Below, in pieces: positions 37,591 through 52,333 of a stretch of 64,000 bases of DNA (position 1 is the stretch's first letter; each line of letters begins with the position of its first letter). A model generated the notes under the pieces. It worked only from the letters and a program-made list of their open reading frames with translations, ran no database searches and was not told the origin of the DNA. Source of the stretch: Pecten maximus (lineage: Eukaryota); contig NC_047023.1 of the NCBI RefSeq assembly GCF_902652985.1, forward strand, positions 22,940,001-23,004,000, given 5' to 3'. A program made the translations under genes and the position numbers.

Positions 37591-38191
37591 TTTTTTATTA
37601 ACAAGCAAACCGAAATAGCAACGGCTGCAGCTTAGACACAATGATAACATCAGAGTTACAGGTTTTTAATGGTCTTTATATGACTTTCGTCATTAATTTA
37701 AAAATTAGGACTCATATAACCTGTAATTTAATTGTCCATTGCATAATTAAAGTGATCGCTCTTTTGGGAGTTTCTTAAAACGTTGGCTGAATGTCGACAA
37801 AGGGAAGGTCACCAAAACAGCTTGTTTAAAAAAAGAGAGTGTTTTTGACTACCGTTCATTAATGAGTGTGTCAAAGTGAAAGTGATTTTTTTTATTTTTG
37901 ACAATTTTCTACTTTAAAAGCAACTCTCAATATGGCTTAGTTCTCCTCAAACTGGCTTTATCAAAAGCTATCATTTGCTTAACTACCAGCATTCTGCTAA
38001 TAAAAATGAAACTAGATGACTCGTATATTTGATATTATCTTGCTTGAGTTCAATCCTGTTCAGAGTCTAAGGTACCCGATCTACCCACAACTACAACATA
38101 TAAAACATTTGGACAGACAGTCTGAACTCGTCGGGAGTTAATCAGTCAGTGCAAATAAAGCAACGGTAGAATGGTAACGTGTGTATGGGGA

Positions 38192-38634
38192 CTGATCACA
38201 GCCGTCTCAAATGGCGTGTTCAAAATGTCGTGTTCAAACTGTTGTGTTGGCGTGTTAAAAATGTCGTGTTGGAGTGTTCAAAATGTCGTGTTGGCATGTT
38301 CAAGATGTCGTGTTGAAGTGTTCAAAATGTCATGTTCAACCTGTTGTGTTGGCGTGTTAAAAATGTCGTGTTCAAACTGTTGTATTGGCGTGCTAAAAAT
38401 GTCATGTTCTAACTGTTGTGTTGGCGTGTTAAAAATGACGTGTTCAAACTGTGTATTGGCGTGTTCAAAATGTCGTGTTGGCGTGTTCAAAATGTCGTGT
38501 TGGCGCATTGGCGTGTTTCTGTGTTGGCGCCTTGTTGCGATCTAAAAACGCGAAAACTCGCTTTGATTTGAGAACGCGCCAAAGCGCCAACACGCCCACA
38601 CGCCAAATCACCAACAAGAGATGGCCGTTATCAG
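38192..38634. mobile_element. Inverted-repeat-bounded element with internal tandem repeats (ggcgtgttcaaaatgtcgtgtt)
   Basis: ctgatcacagccgtctc (38192-38208) matches the reverse complement of gagatggccgttatcag (38618-38634) at 14/17; internal ~22-bp repeats; additional inverted motifs ttggcgc/gcgccaa. Confidence 0.6.
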
Positions 38635-39616
38635 CCACCACTCGTGGGAGCCACAAATCATTATCATAAAATACTGCAAAAAAAAACTTGTTTTCGAATA
38701 CAGATGTATAAACAGATTCCTCACGTCCTTGAGAAATGAGGAATGACGAATCTCGCTTACAACCCCGTATGTCGTACATTGTATCAGCATGCTTTGTCAT
38801 TGACATATTATTTAATGACGTTTGTCTACATGCCTTTCGAACTGGACAATATCAATCGAGAGTGTTAATTGAAATTAAACTAGATAAATGCCTGGAGTCA
38901 TCAGTTTGCTGTTAGCTTACCAGCAATGGGTGTGGTACACACGTGATGCAATGCAAATTTTAGTGAGTTTCCCGGATGTTGGGTTTTAAGTGTGTGACTT
39001 ATCGATGTCGCAGTTCTATTGGTTAGGGTTGACTAATACAATCACATTATTTTATCATTAGCTTGACGGGAGTCATTTCTCTGATAACATTACGATAACA
39101 CGGAGCATATATAACTGCTTTATATGTTAGTGATGTTGATCGAACTGGCAGTTGCGTGGTAAAAAATTTTATCAAAATATATGACAAACCCTTCAGTTGT
39201 TTATTTGTTTGCGATTTTTTAACACTACCGTTTCGCATCCATATATGTATATATGCATTGCGATCCAGGTATGCATACTATCTAATAGACAACTTGTCAC
39301 TATGGTCACGTCAGGGTGTCGGGCCAACCATCACTGCGCAAGTAAAACGTTCTGTTTTTAAGAATGTGGATTAAGCTGTGGGTATAAACTGAGGGTACTT
39401 CTGGGTAGGGAATTAGGTGTCGTAGATCGTTAGTTCGAGGCCCGGCCAGGGCACGAGTCATAAAAGTACCTTCCTTCGTTATTTGTGTTACTATGTTATA
39501 TAATAGATAGGGTCTAGTAAGTAATAACGACGGTATAATCCAATGTAGGTACTGGATCCTAACAAACAATGTTTGTTGGATGCCTATTACTAGAAATAGA
39601 TAATTGTCAAGTACTA

Positions 39617-39900
39617 ATAACGACAGTACAGACAAGTAAATTGTCGAATTTTCGAGGTAATCCGCCCCTTTATCAAGACACAGGTAAATTACAAATGATC
39701 ACATATAGACATAGAACATGGATTAGTTACACAAATATATTAGATGTAATATATATATATATAATTGATCATATAGCAATAACGACAGTACAGACAAGTA
39801 GGCTGTCGAATGCTCGAGGCATTCCGTGTCTTTATTAAGATATAAGTAAATTTCAAACGATCACATATAGACATAGAACATGAGAAAGTGTATACAGATA
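39617..39900. repeat. Direct duplication of ~120 bp (period ~162 bp)
   Basis: taacgacagtacagacaagta...gatcacatatagacatagaacatg occurs twice. Confidence 0.8.
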
Positions 39901-40452
39901 TACATAATCTTTGTAGAAACACCCTTAACAATCAAAGAAACAAGAAAACATTCCGTCGACATCAAAGTGTAAAATCGAACAATTATTTTACATTAATTAT
40001 TCGAAAATAAATTAGAGAAAACCAGATAAAATACGTACTTACGAAAATGTTTGCACATGATTTTATAGAATTGATTTTACCTTACAATCACTACAATGAA
40101 ACATCATACATGGATTTAAGGGACCACGTGGTATTTTAATTTTAATCAGAACCATATATTAATTTTGTGATAACAATAAGATCGATTATATATAAGTAAA
40201 TAATTATATACAAGTCGTAAAATTGTCTTCCTTCGTCGTTTTTGATAATTATGCTCTACGGTCTAATATTTAATTATTAACAAACGATGTATCATATGTT
40301 CCATATGTTGTAGATCCTAAGGTGAAAGATTTAAATTTCCTGTTGTAATTGTACAGTTTTATTAATATTTATGTTATGTCTGAATTCTTGTAAGCTTCAC
40401 TGCGAGAAAATACAAACCTTGAACCTTGTAAAATGGTAAAACAAAAACAAAA

Positions 40453-40485
<33 letters not shown>

Positions 40486-42591
40486 GGAGGTATCAATAAT
40501 ACTCATATGCCAAACTACCATAAATGTATATAAAAAGACTTAAAAGAAAATTCAAAGTTATAAAAGGACATAAAAACACCACAATGGGAGCAATACAACG
40601 CTTTCGTTCGATTTACTTTTGTTTTAATATTCTGATTTGTCACTGGAGTGAGACAAGTTTACTTTTATTCCCTGTGGATTTCATTGTCCGCCACGATCGC
40701 CCACTCGTCCATACATTCCAGCCAGACACGGATCAATACAGGTCATGCCTCGCCCTTCAAGGTAAACCCGTGTACGTCGTTCAAACTTTCTCCTCACCGC
40801 TGATATCCGCATTCCGTGTGTGACGTCACGTGATCTAGGCTGGACCTTAGTTTACATGTACTTAATCCTACCTTATATTGATTACTCATCAGTATATACG
40901 GAGATGCTCACGTGAAGCTTTAATTAGATTACTGACACGTGATGCAAGCAATCCGTTATTTCCACTAAAAATAGTGACGTATATATATGCCTAATGTCCT
41001 TGTCTGTTCGCATGTTATAATGATGTATGTACACTGTATATAAACTGTGTCGAGGACTTTCTCTGAAGCCGTCGCCCGTAAACATTACACATAATTCACT
41101 ATTTCTTAACACTAACTCTTATAAAACTTAACAATTAAACAAAACATTTTCAAATATGTTATATTATTCAGAAATATTAATGTTCGACTGCTTCATCAAA
41201 TATAATGTATTTTGATTTGGAATGTTAATTTTTTTGTGAGTATTTATTAATTTCATATCATCTACACGCATTGTTCCTCCAGTATGACCCAATGTATAGA
41301 ATTAATTGACTAAATGATGATAATGTTAATTAAATAATGTACTCCAGTTCAATATTTCATTTCATTTTAATGTATTTCATTTGTATTATTAATATCACGG
41401 ACTTAGATTATTATCAATATATAGTCGAATAGCAAGAATAGATAAATAAATAAATAAATAAATAGATAAATCAATCAATAAATAGATAAAACAAATAAAT
41501 CATTATGTAAATAAATTTTATAAAAAATAAATTACAAATATAAACAAATAAACAAAAAAACAAATAAATAAATAAATTATGGTACGTGTAGGCACTTGTG
41601 CTACATCCTAAATTATTTTGAATATGTACTTAAAGTCAAGGTCAATTTCTCTGACACATGTTGTATCATGCATAGGGCACGTGCGCGTCCCTTGGTCGTA
41701 CGTGCGCGTCCGAAGGAGAGACGCATTTCTTGGAAAACTCGAATTAGGTCATCAATATTGAAAATTCACATTTCCCGAAAAGTGATAAATGGACTGAATA
41801 GTTTGGCTGATAATTGAGGCTATATTACCGAAATATCTTATAGATTTTGTATAAATGTACGTATTGTTATATAACTCATGAGATATGGACACAATTATAG
41901 TGTCAGATAATTACTGTAGTATGCCTCAATATAACCCGGCTATCAACAGAGGTTCCTGTGGCAGGTCAAAACATACTATAGATAGCAATGTACTACATGT
42001 CAATCTGATTAAAATAAAGATTAGCTTTTTATATATCTATAAGGACTAACTTTAATATTTCTTATATTTCGGAGATACAAAAAAACAAAAAACGATAAAA
42101 CAAAAACAAAAACACAAACACCACAAAAACGCTTTAGAGGGTACTCTAAACAAACCGTGAAGCGATTCGTGAGGAGAAAACACTCCCGCTTCCGTGTTAT
42201 ATAGCTACATATCGTGAACAATACAATTCTCATATTGAATAATATACAACTTGTTTATTTTGCACCCTTCTATTTCCTTAGAAATTTCTTTGAACAGGAG
42301 TATATCGTTTTATTGAACTCGATGGAACTTGTCGCTTGATAATATGATTAAGATAAAGAGAAAAATATGTATATATTTGTTTAAAATTAATCCGTCATTT
42401 TCTTGAGCTGAATTCATCAACATAATTCAACCTGATTGAACACATACTGTTACAATTATTTCAAGTATTCCTTTAATATATAAAACAAAAGCAGGACACA
42501 GCGGCAGTTTTGTAACTCAGTTGTTTTCAGGTATTACATGTCAGTCATTTTCCTGTTTAAACTAATACTTTCCTAAGGCTGCACTCGATTA

Positions 42592-42657
42592 GTCCTTAAA
42601 TGACCCTGGTTGTTAATAGGACGTTAAACAAAAGGAAACAAACCAAACTAAACCAAA
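42592..42657 (+). mobile_element. 3'-terminal fragment of the V-domain-like SINE
   Basis: gtccttaaatgaccctggttgttaataggacgttaaac followed by an AAACC tail. Confidence 0.8.
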
Positions 42658-43083
42658 TCGATTAGACTTGTTAAGTAAGACGGTTATATAACAAACAAAC
42701 AAACAAAATACCCCACATCCCTTGTATTCTCCAATGTATTCCAGACGAGATTTTTTTTTTTTTTTTTTTTTCTGTTTTGTTTGTTTATTTTGTGACGGAT
42801 ACTTTGCAGATAAAAGGATTGGCAATGCCTTCTCCAGAGCAATAACAATCATAGTAACAACGCCCATTGAGTACCGCTACAATATCCGTAAACATGTTAT
42901 ATCGAGGGTGAAGATGACTTCATTTGTACGTGATAAAATAAAGGTTATCTACTAAGTTTATGAATATGCATTTATATTTAAAAAAAAAATGATATCAACT
43001 TGAAAAAAAAACAACGTGTAGGACCTGACAAAGACCTCATGTCGTTAGGGGTTCTGTGCCCCTCCTCCCCTTTGCCTTCTTGA

Positions 43084-43270
43084 GGGCCGCGGTGGCCGAG
43101 TGGTTAAGGGGTCCCGGCATTTAATCACTAGCACTCCACCACTGGGTCGCGAGTTCGAAACCTACGTTTTTCTCCGGGTACTCCGGCTTTCCTACACCTC
43201 AAAAACCTGGCACGTCCTTAAATGACCCTTGCTGTTAATAGGACGTTAAACACAAACAAACCAAACCAAA
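43084..43270 (+). mobile_element. V-domain-like SINE with internal deletion
   Basis: A and B boxes, tail, TSD gccttct(t)ga. Confidence 0.88.
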
Positions 43271-44093
43271 GCCTTCTGATCAGACACAGTAACATTGGAG
43301 AGCCAAACAATGGGACCCACTCTACCCTACTGTCTGTAGATCGTACCGGGCGACTAGGCGACTAAAAGTGGTCCCCCGGAAGAATCATGGATTCCTCCGT
43401 GTCTTCTATTTAGGAGACATTGAAGATACTAAAAATAGACCTTCTGCCCCCGTTGCAATACTTAAGATCTTAAGCCCTGTCTTTCTTTTCCCATTGCTGT
43501 CTTTCTGTGTTTTGTTTTTCTCAGTTGGTGTCTATTTCATGACACCCTTCCTAATCTGGCCCTAGCTGTCGCGAGGACGTTAAACCCCTTAAACAATTAT
43601 AAACAGTATACAGACATTCACTTAGTCGACCTGTGGTTTAGTTGTGTAATATAAGAGTATAACAGAAACACATTAAATCGGTTATGTTACAGCGGTATTA
43701 TGTATATTTACAGGAAATAAGCCTGTTACACTATATAATCTACTGATGTGGCGGGTTTCCGTGTTTTTTCCGTTGATTGACCAATCCCTGTAGGCTTAAA
43801 GTATGAAGTCGTGAAAATGACATCTGTGCACGATTGCAGCATTAAATCCAATTGTACACAGAAAGTCAAAAGTATATCATTTGACCAAATATATAAGAAT
43901 TGCTCACAGGGGACAGCAAATTTCAGCGAACTGATTTATTGTCTAATAATAAATATGCAATTATTGTTTGTTGTTGAAGGAAGTATCTGTAAGGATTTTA
44001 CTAACCGAGTTTCCTCTGGCTCTGGTACAATGTCCGGTAATGGTGTCAGGCCCAGAGGAAACTCGGGTTAGATGTTTATTGGTATCACACATC

Positions 44094-44299
44094 TGCGGTC
44101 CGCGCTGGTCGAGTGGTTAAGGTGTCCAGACACTTGAACACTAGCCTCCACCTCTGGGTTGCTAGTTCGAAACCTACGTGGACCAGTTGCCAGGTACTGA
44201 CCGTAGGCCGGTGGTTTTTCTCCGGGTACTCCGGCTTTCATCCACCTCCAAAACCTGTTAATAGGACGTTGTACAAAAACAAACAAAAAAACAAACCAA
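44094..44299 (+). mobile_element. V-domain-like SINE with 3' internal deletion
   Basis: Exact 12-bp TSD gtatcacacatc at 44082-44093 and 44300-44311. Confidence 0.9.
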
Positions 44300-44387
44300 G
44301 TATCACACATCACTGCCCACGTCTAAGAAGTGGAGTATATAAATATATTTCATGGTACAGCTCGGAAGCTGTTTGCTTTGGACAACG

Positions 44388-44970
44388 ATATAACTCATCG
44401 CTCATATAACTCATTCCTAATATAGTTTATTGCTCATATAACTAATTGTTCATATAACTAATTGCTCATTTAACTCATTTCTCATACGACGCATTGCTCA
44501 AATAACTCAATACTCATATAATGTATTGCTCATACAACTAATTGAACATAAAACTCATTGCTCATATAACTTATTGCTCAAATAACTCATTGTTAATAAA
44601 AATTAAAATGTATTGATCATGTAACTCATTGATTATAAAACTCATTGCTCATATAAATCGTTATTGGTATAACGCATTGCTCATCAAACTCATTGCTCAT
44701 ATAACTAATTGCTTATATAACTCATTGTTCATATAACGTATTGCTCATATAACTTAATAATCATATAACTCATTGCTCATATAACGTATTGCTCATATAA
44801 TGCATTGCTCATACAACTAATTGATCATATAACTCATTGCTCATATAACGTATTGCTCAAATAACTCTTTTCTAATATCACGTATCCATTATATAACTCA
44901 TTGTTCATATAAATAATTCCTCATATAACGCATTGCTCATCTAACGTATGGCTCGTATAACGCATTGCTC
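44388..44970. repeat. Degenerate minisatellite, 16-bp unit (ttgctcatataactca), ~36 copies
   Basis: Directly visible periodicity. Confidence 0.92.
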
Positions 44971-45812
44971 GTTAGTTTATTATATTTTCAACGAACCAAC
45001 AACAATGAAAAGGTCATTTGGGTCATTACACATATTGTCACATAATTGTTTTATTATACAATTGTCATGCTATTAATTAAGTAGTAGTTATTAGCGAGGA
45101 AAACAGCAGTTTAGTTTTTGTGTGGTTTAAAATGAACGAGTCTAAAAAGAAATAAATTAATTTACTGACGTATATTTGAACAGTTAGTAACCGCATCTAG
45201 CTGTGATCTGTTTACCCTAGACGGTTATAAACAGTCACGTGACACCCTCAAGCACTTCTCTAGTTGCTTACGTCAAGCTTGCCGAGTGAGGATCTGGGAA
45301 GGTAAAGATTCGTGTGATTTTATGTGTATCTATACGCTACCTTAAGAGCTACTATAAAATGACGCACAACAAACAATACACAAATACTGCTTCGAAGACA
45401 AAAGAGAAATTTTGAAAGATACTAGTATATAGAATTATAAAAAATAACAGGCTGTTACATTTTCATAGATTACCAAAGTTTGATACTTTTCGCTGTCATC
45501 GCCTTCCGACAGTTTGAGCTTCTAGTTTTATATTTTACACTCAAAAGAAATCAATTATTAATTGCATCTCGAATAAATTCTATAGTACATCGACTCTATA
45601 TTTGATTTATTGTGTAAAGGTTATCATTTTTTGGTGTTAATTAGAAATATTGATACACTTTTGTGACAAAAAGTGTATACATTGTAGGCCCTGCAGCATA
45701 TTTAAATGAGCTAACCACACATTGTAATATATTTTGCTTCTTCAGCTTAGGAGAAGTTAAACAGCATTATCAAAGTAGTTAATTTGTAAAGTATGGCAAG
45801 CCAAGTTGTCAT

Positions 45813-46065
45813 TTATTCAATTCAATTCAATTCTTTTATTACTTTCGGCCGTACGGCCTATCAGTCACAAAAACATTGTACATGAAATACATAAATTATA
45901 GCACGGCGTATACAACAGTACATAACATATAGAGAATGAGACATCATAACATCAATGATTTGGTTTAGTAATAATTTCTTAATTTAGTAGCTTCATGTAT
46001 ATATTTTCCTAGAGCACACAGTTCCTTTACATTTTGTACTCTGAATAGCTTAATTAATCTTATTC
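45813..46065 (-). mobile_element. RTE-X-like LINE 3' end remnant
   Basis: Minus strand encodes LIKLFRVQNVKELCALGKYIHEATKLR, followed by a 3' UTR with a ggccgtacggcc hairpin, aataaa and a (GAATT)n tail. Confidence 0.6.
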
Positions 46066-46700
46066 GCGGAGCAATGTTGATTCAGTATTTTACCTTATAT
46101 AAGATATCTTATACGTTTATTATTATTCAACTTTTATGAGATATTTTATATAATATATAAGAAATCTCACCAAAAATGTATGCTATCTTACATATTACAT
46201 AATATATCTGATAATCATTTCTTTATGAAATATCTTATATATTATATAAAATATCTTATATGATTTGGAGCGTTGCTCCATGAATAAATGACATCTTCGC
46301 TCGTCATAGTACAGAGTCGTTATTCTTTTTTTGCCTGTTATCAGTTTGTTGACACAGGTGTACCAGCAAGTGATAGACATGAATAATGTATGGTTTAAAT
46401 TGTATCGCTATTTTGGCCTGGGAGCGGCTGGTTGAAGACTCCAGGAAGCTCATACATTCGAATTCATAAATGAACTATGTTCAAAATTATTCGGGGAAAC
46501 TGGCATGCCAACGCAAAATCAGTAAAATAGTCCTTCAATCTGATAAATAACTGGTACTGACTTTCTCGTTTGTGATAATTATCAGAAAATTTATAGATGT
46601 GATCAATTGGAAAATATCTTATGTAGATTTAATGCATCCTTTTATCCGTCTACAATCTACTAATATATCTCAACGGTTCAAAGTGTTCTTCTGCTTCACT

Positions 46701-49700
46701 AGTCAGGTTATATATATAACGTATTACTAAGGCTCTAGGTGTACAGTCAGGTTATATATATAATGTATTACTAAGGCTCTAGGTGTACAGTCAGGTTATA
46801 TCTATAATGTATTACTAAGGCTCTAGGTACACAGTCAGGTTATATCTATAATGTATTACTAAGGCTCTAGGTGTACAGTCAGGTTATATCTATAATGTAT
46901 TACTAAGGCTCTAGGTATACAGTCAGGTTATATCTATAATGTATTACTAAGTCTCTAGGTATACAGTCAGGTTATATATATAATGTATTACTAAGGCTCT
47001 AGGTATCCAGTCAGGTTATATCTATAATGTATTACTAAGGCTCTAGGTGTACAGTCAGGTTATATCTATAATGTATTACTAAGGCTCTAGGTGTACAGTC
47101 AGGGTATATCTATAATGTATTACTAAGACTCTAGGTGTACACTCAGGTTATATCTATAATGTATTACTTAGGCTCTAGGTATACAGTCAGGTTATATCTA
47201 TAATGTATTACTAAGGCTCTAGGTATCCAGTCAGGTTATATCTATAATGTATTACTAAGGCTCTAGGTGTACAGTCAGGTTATATATATAATGTATTACT
47301 AAGGCTCTAGGTATCCAGTCAGGTTATATCTATAATGTATTACTAAGGCTCTAGGTGTACAGTCAGGTTATATATATAATGTATTACTAAGGCTCTAGGT
47401 ATACAGTCAGGTTATATCTATAATGTATTACTAAGACTCTAGGTATACAGTCAGGTTATATCTATAATGTATTACTAAGGCTCTAGGTATACAGTCAGGT
47501 TATATCTATAATGTATTACTAAGACTCTAGGTATACAGTCAGGTTATATCTATAATGTATTACTAAGGCTCTAGGTATACAGTCAGGTTATATCTATAAT
47601 GTATTACTAAGGCTCTAGGTGTACAGTCAGGTTATATCTATAATGTATTACTAAGGCTCTAGGTATACAGTCAGGTTATATCTATAATGTATTACTAAGA
47701 CTCTAGGTATACAGTCAGGTTATATCTATAATGTATTACTAAGGCTCTAGGTATACAGTCAGGTTATATCTATAATGTATTACTAAGGCTCTAGGTGTAC
47801 AGTCAGGTTATATCTATAATGTATTACTAAGGCTCTAGGTGTACAGTCAGGTTATATCTATAATGTATTACTAAGACTCTAGGTGTACAGTCAGGTTATA
47901 TATATAATGTATTACTAAGGCTCTAGGTATACAGTCAGGTTATATATATAATGTATTACTAAGGCTCTAGGTGTACAGTCAGGTTATATATATAATGTAT
48001 TACTAAGACTCTAGGTATACAGTCAGGTTATATCTATAATGTATTACTAAGACTCTAGGTGTACAGTCAGGTTATATCTATAATGTATTACTAAGGCTCT
48101 AGGTGTACAGTCAGGTTATATCTATAATGTATTACTAAGGCTCTAGGTGTACAGTCAGGTTATATCTATAATGTATTACTAAGGCTCTAGGTGTACAGTC
48201 AGGTTATATCTATAATGTATTACTAAGGCTCTAGGTTACAGTCAGGTTATATCTATAATGTATTACTAAGGCTCTAGGTGTACAGTCAGGTTATATCTAT
48301 AATGTATTACTAAGGCTCTAGGTGTACAGTCAGGTTATATCTATAATGTATTACTAAGGCTCTAGGTGTACAGTCAGGTTATATCTATAATGTATTACTA
48401 AGACTCTAGGTATACAGTCAGGTTATATCTATAATGTATTACTAAGGCTCTAGGTGTACAGTCAGGTTATATCTATAATGTATTACTAAGGCTCTAGGTA
48501 TACAGTCAGGTTATATCTATAATGTATTACTAAGGCTCTAGGTGTACAGTCAGGTTATATCTATAATGTATTACTAAGGCTCTAGGTGTACAGTCAGGTT
48601 ATATCTATAATGTATTACTAAGGCTCTAGGTATACAGTCAGGTTATATCTATAATGTATTACTAAGGCTCTAGGTGTACAGTCAGGTTATATCTATAATG
48701 TATTACTAAGGCTCTAGGTGTACAGTCAGGTTATATCTATAATGTATTACTAAGGCTCTAGGTGTACAGTCAGGTTATATCTATAATGTATTACTAAGGC
48801 TCTAGGTATACAGTCAGGTTATATCTATAATGTATTACTAAGACTCTAGGTGTACAGTCAGGTTATATCTATAATGTATTACTAAGGCTCTAGGTGTACA
48901 GTCAGGTTATATCTATAATGTATTACTAAGGCTCTAGGTGTACAGTCAGGTTATATCTATAATGTATTACTAAGGCTCTAGGTGTACAGTCAGGTTATAT
49001 CTATAATGTATTACTAAGGCTCTAGGTGTACAGTCAGGTTATATATATAATGTATTACTAAGGCTCTAGGTGTACAGTCAGGTTATATCTATAATGTATT
49101 ACTAAGGCTCTAGGTGTACAGTCAGGTTATATCTATAATGTATTACTAAGGCTCTAGGTGTACAGTCAGGTTATATCTATAATGTATTACTAAGACTCTA
49201 GGTATACAGTCAGGTTATATCTATAATGTATTACTAAGACTCTAGGTGTACAGTCAGGTTATATCTATAATGTATTACTAAGGCTCTAGGTGTACAGTCA
49301 GGTTATATCTATAATGTATTACTAAGGCTCTAGGTATACAGTCAGGTTATATCTATAATGTATTACTAAGGCTCTAGGTGTACAGTCAGGTTATATCTAT
49401 AATGTATTACTAAGGCTCTAGGTGTACAGTCAGGTTATATCTATAATGTATTACTAAGGCTCTAGGTAGTACAGTCAGGTTATATCTATAATGTATTACT
49501 AAGACTCTAGGTATACAGTCAGGTTATATCTATAATGTATTACTAAGACTCTAGGTGTACAGTCAGGTTATATCTATAATGTATTACTAAGACTCTAGGT
49601 GTACAGTCAGGTTATATCTATAATGTATTACTAAGGCTCTAGGTGTACAGTCAGGTTATATATATAATGTATTACTAAGGCTCTAGGTGTACAGTCAGGT

Positions 49701-51382
49701 TATATCTATAATGTATTACTAAGGCTCTAGGTGTACAGTCAGGTTATATCTATAATGTATTACTAAGGCTCTAGGTGTACAGTCAGGTTATATCTATAAT
49801 GTATTACTAAGGCTCTAGGTGTACAGTCAGGTTATATCTATAATGTATTACTAAGGCTCTAGGTATACAGTCAGGTTATATCTATAATGTATTACTAAGG
49901 CTCTAGGTGTACAGTCAGGTTATATCTATAATGTATTACTAAGGCTCTAGGTGTACAGTCAGGTTATATCTATAATGTATTACTAAGACTCTAGGTGTAC
50001 AGTCAGGTTATATCTATAATGTATTACTAAGGCTCTAGGTGTACAGTCAGGTTATATATATAATGTATTACTAAGGCTCTAGGTGTACAGTCAGGTTATA
50101 TCTATAATGTATTACTAAGACTCTAGGTGTACAGTCAGGTTATATCTATAATGTATTACTAAGGCTCTAGGTATACAGTCAGGTTATATCTATAATGTAT
50201 TACTAAGACTCTAGGTGTACAGTCAGGTTATATCTATAATGTATTACTAAGGCTCTAGGTGTACAGTCAGGTTATATCTATAATGTATTACTAAGGCTCT
50301 AGGTATACAGTCAGGTTATATCTATAATGTATTACTAAGCTCTAGGTGTACAGTCAGGTTATATCTATAATGTATTACTAAGGCTCTAGGTGTACAGTCA
50401 GGTTATATCTATAATGTATTACTAAGGCTCTAGGTGTACAGTCAGGTTATATCTATAATGTATTACTAAGGCTCTAGGTGTACAGTCAGGTTATATATAT
50501 AATGTATTACTAAGGCTCTAGGTGTACAGTCAGGTTATATCTATAATGTATTACTAAGGCTCTAGGTATACAGTCAGGTTATATCTATAATGTATTACTA
50601 AGGCTCTAGGTGTACAGTCAGGTTATATCTATAATGTATTACTAAGCTCTAGGTGTACAGTCAGGTTATATCTATAATGTATTACTAAGGCTCTAGGTGT
50701 ACAGTCAGGTTATATCTATAATGTATTACTAAGGCTCTAGGTGTACAGTCAGGTTATATCTATAATGTATTACTAAGGCTCTAGGTGTACAGTCAGGTTA
50801 TATCTATAATGTATTACTAAGGCTCTAGGTATACAGTCAGGGTATATCTATAATGTATTACTAAGGCTCTAGGTGTACAGTCAGGTTATATCTATAATGT
50901 ACTACTAAGGCTCTAGGTGTACAGTCAGGTTATATCTATAATGTATTACTAAGGCTCTAGGTGTACAGTCAGGTTATATCTATAATGTATTACTAAGGCT
51001 CTAGGTGTACAGTCAGGTTATATATATAATGTATTACTAAGGCTCTAGGTATACAGTCAGGTTATATCTATAATGTATTACTAAGGCTCTAAGTGTACAG
51101 TCAGGGTATATCTATAATGTATTACTAAGGCTCTAGGTGTACAGTCAGGTTATATATATAATGTATTACTAAGGCTCTAGGTATACAGTCAGGTTATATC
51201 TATAATGTATTACTAAGGCTCTAGGTGTACAGTCAGGGTATATCTATAATGTATTACTAAGGCTCTAGGTGTACAGTCAGGTTATATCTATAATGTATTA
51301 CTAAGACTCTAGGTATACAGTCAGGGTATATCTATAATGTATTACTAAGGCTCTAGGTGTACAGTCAGGTTATATCTATAAT
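46701..51382. repeat. Satellite array, 44-bp unit (agtcaggttatatctataatgtattactaaggctctaggtgtac), ~106 copies
   Basis: Highly homogeneous head-to-tail units with about three recurrent variant positions and no spacers. Confidence 0.98.
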
Positions 51383-51660
51383 TTATATAGATTGTCTAAA
51401 AGAGTATTCCCCTTTGTTTGCAGAATTGTTTTTGTTTTGAAACGAGACTGACTGTATTGTTACATTGAAGAGCTTATTAGCACAAGTAACAAACATCTTG
51501 TGCAGTGTTTTAGTTTGAATTATAGGCATATTGACGATGGGATATATACTACAGATCTTGGAATAGAGAACACTACAGACCTTTCAATATATCAGCCGCT
51601 TATTTTTTTGATTGATTGATTGATATTTTTTTTTCTTTATTATTTTGATTTGAATTAATT

Positions 51661-52100
51661 ACACCTTCACCTATCCTGTAATCTGATGGACAGTTGGGTC
51701 GCCACAGATGATCTGGCAACCAGCTCTGTCCATCCTTCTCGCCTTTCTGCCTTCTTCTTTATGGTTGGGCAAAACTTCATGTCTGTAAATTCCTTGTCTT
51801 TCCTTCCCCTTTTCTATCCACTTCTTTTCCTTTTTGGTTCCGTGCAATAAGACGGTCTTAACAAGCCTTTCACATCTCGTCACGTGACCGTACTATCCGA
51901 AATTGTGTCGATTGGTCTTCGTGTGTCCTGATGGTTTGTCAAATTCCGTTTCACGTCCCCTCTTTGGATAAGCGTTACTTTGGATGATACTAAGGAGCTG
52001 TCATCGTCATTCTCCAAAACATGTAATTTTCTTTCTGTGGTTCTGTTCTCAATGTCCAAACCTCATAGGCACAAAGGAATATGCACGGTCATGTAACCTA
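51661..52100 (-). mobile_element. Degraded RTE (BovB-like) LINE 3' fragment
   Basis: Minus strand YGHVTRCERLVKTVL..GT and terminal ELVARSSVATQ...LQDR* followed by tgaaggtg, typical of RTE-clade 3' ends. Confidence 0.7.
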
Positions 52101-52189
52101 CGTAAGTAAAATTTTCCAGTGTGATCATTTTTGAATATATCTATCAAATATTATTAGATAACCGATCTTAAAGACTATGCTAACTTTTT

Positions 52190-52333
52190 TGTTTACTTTG
52201 TTTATCGCCCTGTCAACAGCAAGGGTCATTTTGAGACAGGGTCTTCTTGTAGTAGTTGATGAATACCGCTCTGAACAGTATACGGCATGCTAGTCGCATG
52301 CCAACCAAATCAATTAGGGTAAAGTGTCTTGCC
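52190..52333 (-). mobile_element. Degenerate 3' half of the CORE-type SINE
   Basis: Reverse complement aligns with 63355-63510 (ggcaagacactttaccc...ggcgataaac). Confidence 0.75.

Noticed and set aside
40453-40484. Poly-G run as a functional G-quadruplex
   Set aside because: A homopolymer alone, with no context supporting function; its length is unreliable in assemblies.
46701-51382. CRISPR-like regular repeats
   Set aside because: Units are contiguous with no unique spacers, there are no cas genes, and the context is eukaryotic.
51879-51888. GTCACGTGAC CLEAR/E-box palindrome (similar E-box/CRE motifs at 45234 and 40821)
   Set aside because: The 51879 copy is simply the GHVT codons of the RTE remnant; the others have no supportable downstream gene.
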